From positions 60,512,001 through 60,576,000 of the forward strand of contig NC_134471.1 in assembly GCF_964194025.1 (NCBI RefSeq): a stretch of 64,000 bases of DNA, read 5' to 3'. Of the stretch, positions 58,814 to 64,000 are shown piece after piece. Made by a program: the position numbers and the translations under genes. How positions within the stretch are numbered: the stretch's first letter is position 1; the number at the start of each line of letters is the position of its first letter. The stretch comes from Convolutriloba macropyga (Eukaryota). Below the pieces are notes generated by a model. The model was not told the origin of the DNA and did no database searches. It saw only the letters and a program-made list of their open reading frames with translations.

Positions 58814-61161
58814 AATAGCGGCACAGCGATAGCTGGGGCTATTATTGGCCATCTCTTGGTTTTTTCGTCAAGACTTTTTACGACCATATGACGTCACAAT
58901 CACTTCTAATCTGCTTTTTCATTCCTTCATGCAATTTCAACTGAAATGCGTGCGTGACGTCATTTTTGCTGCTATTTGAGTGGTTATATTGGTCATTCGT
59001 GACTTGTTTCTCTCAAAGATGACCTGACTCTGAATCTGACTTTTAAAATTTAGTTCAAAGAGATAAGGTCAAAGTGCGTGTCACTCTAATTGGTGGTGAT
59101 TTCAGCGCAGCTGATAGAAGCAGCAATAAGATAAACAGATTCTTGTCAAATTATAACATCTCATGTCTTGGTTTTTTATGAAAACGTTTTTTTTCAAAGT
59201 TTTTTATTGTTGCCAATAATTGAAAACTGTTTCTACTTAATCTATACACGAGGATAGCTATATAATTTTCCCCAGCCACGTATGCGTAAATATGAATGGT
59301 TTATTTTTCTACTTCATGTTTTATTCCGATTTTCAACTTTCAAAAATCATGCTGATCTGTTTTTATCATTTTTATCTTTATCCTAAGACCTATGGCTTCT
59401 TCAGCTCTGATTTTATCAGTTGTTAAAAGTAATGATTAGCTTTTTTCAAGGTTTTCATAGTTGCAATTGTTTTCATTTAACAGAGTGCCAATGAGAATTT
59501 GCTTAAATGCCTTTTAAAATTTTGACTGGTGATTTTCTGTGAATAGTTTTGTCTTTTTCTTGAATAATTTGGAAGTTTTTCAATTATTTTGCTGATTTTA
59601 AGTTCTTTTGCGATTTTTGGCCGATTATATCGTTTTGTTTTTTTAAAATTTATTGATAGCCGATGTAACCATCTCAACGACTACTGTTTAGGCGTTATCA
59701 CTGTTTCTCCTGTTCTTCAGAAATAGGTGTTTGTGAGCTCATTATGACTTAACTGATCTTTTGTGTCTAGCTGTATAACTGGTTTTCGTTGCATGAAACA
59801 ACGGTTTTTGTTTGAATGTGTACTTCTACATGAAATTTAAATTGAATCTTCTGAATTCTTAATTTTTTTTCTGGCAATTTTGCTGTTTTCTCTGCATTGA
59901 TGCTTTCTGCAAGGAAATATTAGGTGTTTGAAAAGCTTGTTTATTCGGGGTAAATGTCTTGGAGTCGTTTCCGGAATTTTTCTGGCTAGGCACAGCGATA
60001 GCTGGGGCTATTATTGGCCATCTCTTGGTTTTTTCGTCAAGACTTTTTACGACCATATGACGTCACAATCACTTCTAATCTGCTTTTTCATTCCTTCATG
60101 CAATTTCAACTGAAATGCGTGCGTGACGTCATTTTTGCTGCTATTTGAGTGGTTATATTGGTCATTCGTGACTTGTTTCTCTCAAAAATGACCTGACTCT
60201 GAATCTGACTTTTAAAATTTAGTTCAAAGAGATAAGGTCAAAGTGCGTGTCACTCTAATTGGTGGTGATTTCAGCGCAGCTGATAGAAGCAGCAATAAGA
60301 TAAACAGATTCTTGTCAAATTATAACATCTCATGTCTTGGTTTTTTATGAAAACGTTTTTTTTCAAAGTTTTTTATTGTTGCCAATAATTGAAAACTGTT
60401 TCTACTTAATCTATACACGAGGATAGCTATATAATTTTCCCCAGCCACGTATGCGTAAATATGAATGGTTTATTTTTCTACTTCATGTTTTATTCCGATT
60501 TTCAACTTTCAAAAATCATGCTGATCTGTTTTTATCATTTTTATCTTTATCCTAAGACCTATGGCTTCTTCAGCTCTGATTTTATCAGTTGTTAAAAGTA
60601 ATGATTAGCTTTTTTCAAGGTTTTCATAGTTGCAATTGTTTTCATTTAACAGAGTGCCAATGAGAATTTGCTTAAATGCCTTTTAAAATTTTGACTGGTG
60701 ATTTTCTGTGAATAGTTTTGTCTTTTTCTTGAATAATTTGGAAGTTTTTCAATTATTTTGCTGATTTTAAGTTCTTTTGCGATTTTTGGCCGATTATATC
60801 GTTTTGTTTTTTTTAAAATTTATTGATAGCCGATGTAACCATCTCAACGACTACTGTTTAGGCGTTATCACTGTTTCTCCTGTTCTTCAGAAATAGGTGT
60901 TTGTGAGCTCATTATGACTTAACTGATCTTTTGTGTCTAGCTGTATAACTGGTTTTCGTTGCATGAAACAACGGTTTTTGTTTGAATGTGTACTTCTACA
61001 TGAAATTTAAATTGAATCTTCTGAATTCTTAATTTTTTTTCTGGCAATTTTGCTGTTTTCTCTGCATTGATGCTTTCTGCAAGGAAATATTAGGTGTTTG
61101 AAAAGCTTGTTTATTCGGGGTAAATGTCTTCGAGTCGTTTCCGGAATTTTTCTGGCTATGC
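58814..61161 (+). repeat. Head-to-tail dimer of a ~1.17-kb Helentron-like element
   Basis: 58821-59988 is repeated almost exactly at 59990-61158; junction CTGGCTA|GGCACAGCG. Confidence 0.92.
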
Positions 61162-63065
61162 TAATTTGTACTTGTACATGAAAAATAAATTGGATCTGTA
61201 TTTTTTTATTTCTGGCAACTTTTTTCTCTGCATCGATACTTTCGGCAAGGAGAACTTAGGCATTTTAAATGCTGGTTTATTCGATGTATATGTCTTCAAG
61301 TTGTTTCGAATTTTTTGCTATGTTATTTTTGTCAAGATTTTTGTTAGGACGTTACAATCACTTCAAATCAAATCAGCTTTCGTTCGTTCGTTCGTGCAAT
61401 TTCAACTGAATTATGTGCATGACGTCATTTTCACGCTTATTGAAGCTAGTTTTATTTATTGGCGTGATTAACTTTTTGGTCACGTGTGACTTACCATTCT
61501 CAGAAATGACTTCCGGACTCAGAACTGACTTACTTAAATTCAAAGTCACAAATTTAATTGATTGCGTGTCTTTAATTGCTCATGAACGAAGTTCATAGCA
61601 ATTATTGTAAACGTGTTTTTTTTTTGCAAGTCTTTCCCTTGACAATTTTGGGCTTTTCTTCTAGAACCTTCTTGAATTGTCAAGTGACATTTTCACGCTT
61701 TAGTTTTTTTTATTTTTGAGTGAACTCTATGGCTCCGAAGTAAAGCTTGTTGCTAATATAAATTCGGTTGCAGAATAATTATTCCGACAATTAAACAATT
61801 ATTCCGACATTTGTCGGTTTATGTTTCTAATTGAAGGTTATTTAAGAGCAGCTAATAAAGGTAGTAATAACTCAAACAGATTCCTAATCAAAAAATAAGA
61901 TCTCAACATTTGATAAAAAGTTTTTCTGTCTATCTTTTTTAGACTGGAGATCTACGAAACTGTTGCGGCCGTTTTCTGGCCAGCTATGTTTTAATTTCCT
62001 ACGAATGTTTTTGACATGCCACATGTTCTATTGTTGCCAATTTACAATCTCAAAGAATGGATTGTATTGTTGGCTTTTTTTAGGTCCACTTTTTCGTTTC
62101 CATGAGAAGTCAAGTTAGAGTGGTGATTTTCATGGATCTGGGGTAGTAAAGGGAGCGACAAACAGAGGAGGTTCCATGCGCGATTTTTTCGAATTGTCTC
62201 TGAAGTATTGACTTTTGGTTTTTCAGGTAGGGCGATTTGACTTTTGCACTTGTCTCACCTGATTGTTTTTACGCTAATGATTTCCAAAGGTTATAAAAAT
62301 GCATTTTTTGAATTCATCAATAGGCGGTAAATTGATTTCTATGACTTAGAGACTTGTTTTTAATAAATTATCAGTGATTATTTTCTACCAATTTTGTCCT
62401 GTTTCTTTATTGGCTGATGTCAATGGCACACAGTGTATGCTTTGTTGACTATCCAAAGCTTTTTTGTTTTGCTGTTTTGACTATCGAAGGCTATTTTTCG
62501 AATAAGGTGGTAGTCATTAGTTTTATAGAAATAAGTAATTTAAAGAAATTGCTGACTCTCCGGCAATCTGGTGGTTGTTTACTTACTGTTGCTTTGGGAA
62601 TTCTGTGAAAGACATAGAAGTAGAGGTAGGACAGATTGACCGTTATTACTAACGTCCCTGAAACGAGATTTGAAAAACTCATCAAATTGTAATCATTCTG
62701 GTGTCTTAGTTTGAGGTCAGTTAAAGTGCCCAAGAGCAAAGTAAATTCCTGGAAACGCCCTCTAGAATAATTTTTCAAACCAAAATCTTTGAGTTCTTTC
62801 GGAATGGAAATTCAAAGTTTCAGCAAACTGCTGAAACTTGAACAAATTTCTATTTTGAAAGAATGTGACAGAAAATAGTTCTTGTAGGGGGAAGGGTTTG
62901 AACCATCACTGACTCTGTTCTGCGACTTCAAAGTATAAGATGTTTGTGATAAAGGATATGAGAAAGCAAGTGTCAATTTTCATCGTTACGGTGTAATTCG
63001 ACTTCTTGTTAGCTTTTTGAAATTTGAGTGTTGAATGCTTTCTAACAATCCCGCGGTTGTTTAAG

Positions 63066-63362
63066 GTTGACAAGAACAATTGTCGTTATGTGGTTGCAAT
63101 TGTTGTCGAAGATTGCGGTGAAAGAATGAGATTGGGAGAGCTTGTGAGACGTCTTGAAGAAGCAGAGTACAGGTTTTTCATGCTGCCAGGGGCAGATCCT
63201 GACGACAGCGGAATTAGCACCGACAGTTACCAAAATTTGAGGGACTCCATTATAGATCTGGCCATTACTCCTATGGTACACTGCTTGTATCCTGTTACCA
63301 ATTTGATCTCAGTTACCATCGCCCTTAAACGTGTGTATCCCAAGCTTCGAAGATACATTGCG
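63066..63362 (+). CDS. TEX264: TEX264 homolog, coding exon 2 (gene continues beyond this exon)
   Basis: VDKNNCRYVVAIV...YPVTNLISVTIALKRVYPKLRRYI aligns with TEX264 VPPDKCRCAVGSI...FPYTTILSIWLATRRVHPALDTYI. Phase 0/0, GTAAG donor. Confidence 0.85.
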
Positions 63363-64000
63363 GTAAGGCATTTTGCTATGTTAATTTTTTAATCTTGCTA
63401 TTGGAATTCCTGGTAACAAAACTTCAGTAGAAACTGGGGATTAAAGCTAACCGATACTGACATAGCTGTTGATAAATGGGTGCTCTCAGGGCCGAGAAGA
63501 GAATTGACCTGTTTGTGATCAGCGTTATTAAATTCGAAAAGGCATGACAATTTTTTCAATTTCAAAATTTTCTTGCTGTGATTTAAATGGTAATGTTTTT
63601 TCAGAGCGCATTCGTTACCGAAGAAACCATTCATTGCTAAGTTAAAGATATCCAATCGATTCGATTTAAGTGCTCTCAAGTGAAAATTTTGCAACTGATT
63701 GGGTCATTTATTAGGTTCATGAGACAAGGAGGCTCGGTATTGTGCATTTAGTTATGCCTTAAAACATATCGCCGTATCAGAGGCACTTTGATTGTTGCTG
63801 AAAAATACTTCCTACCGTAATCGCGCCGAAAGGCCAGTAAAGCCAAACAAAGGATCTTGCTGACTAAAAAGTCTTTAATGAAAGTTGCACAATTGACGTG
63901 CAATCGCAGTTGGAGAAAGTTGTAGTGTAATCCCATCCTGAGGCTGCATCAAGCGGCTAGTTGAAGCGGACATCAAATTGTTCAATATCTATTTTCCCCT

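Overview
AT-rich eukaryotic genomic DNA, probably from an invertebrate (host not determinable here), dominated by mobile DNA. The centrepiece is a complete 15.6-kb Polinton/Maverick (adintovirus-like endogenous virus) at 22235-37861, with AGTAGT termini and a 6-bp AGCCTT target-site duplication. Its terminal inverted repeats are arrays of ~125-bp units (11 left, 5 right). It encodes a disrupted pPolB (zinc-finger, vOTU-like and Vsr-like domains) and, on the opposite strand, an intact cassette: protease, major capsid, penton, basic core-like protein, integrase, packaging ATPase, a small membrane protein and PC4-like ORFs. Other mobile elements are a decayed Penelope-like element with a PHD finger inserted in frame inside its RT palm and a 3' hammerhead-like motif, CR1/L2-type LINE fragments and MITEs. 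There is also a pervasive set of Helentron/DINE-1-like non-autonomous elements that nest inside each other in a fixed order, and one forms a head-to-tail dimer. Three spliced host genes lie on the + strand: phosducin-like 3 (complete CDS), an MBOAT acyltransferase (middle exons not found, possibly in a 200-N gap) and TEX264 (first two coding exons). All family calls come from motif recognition by eye; no searches were run.
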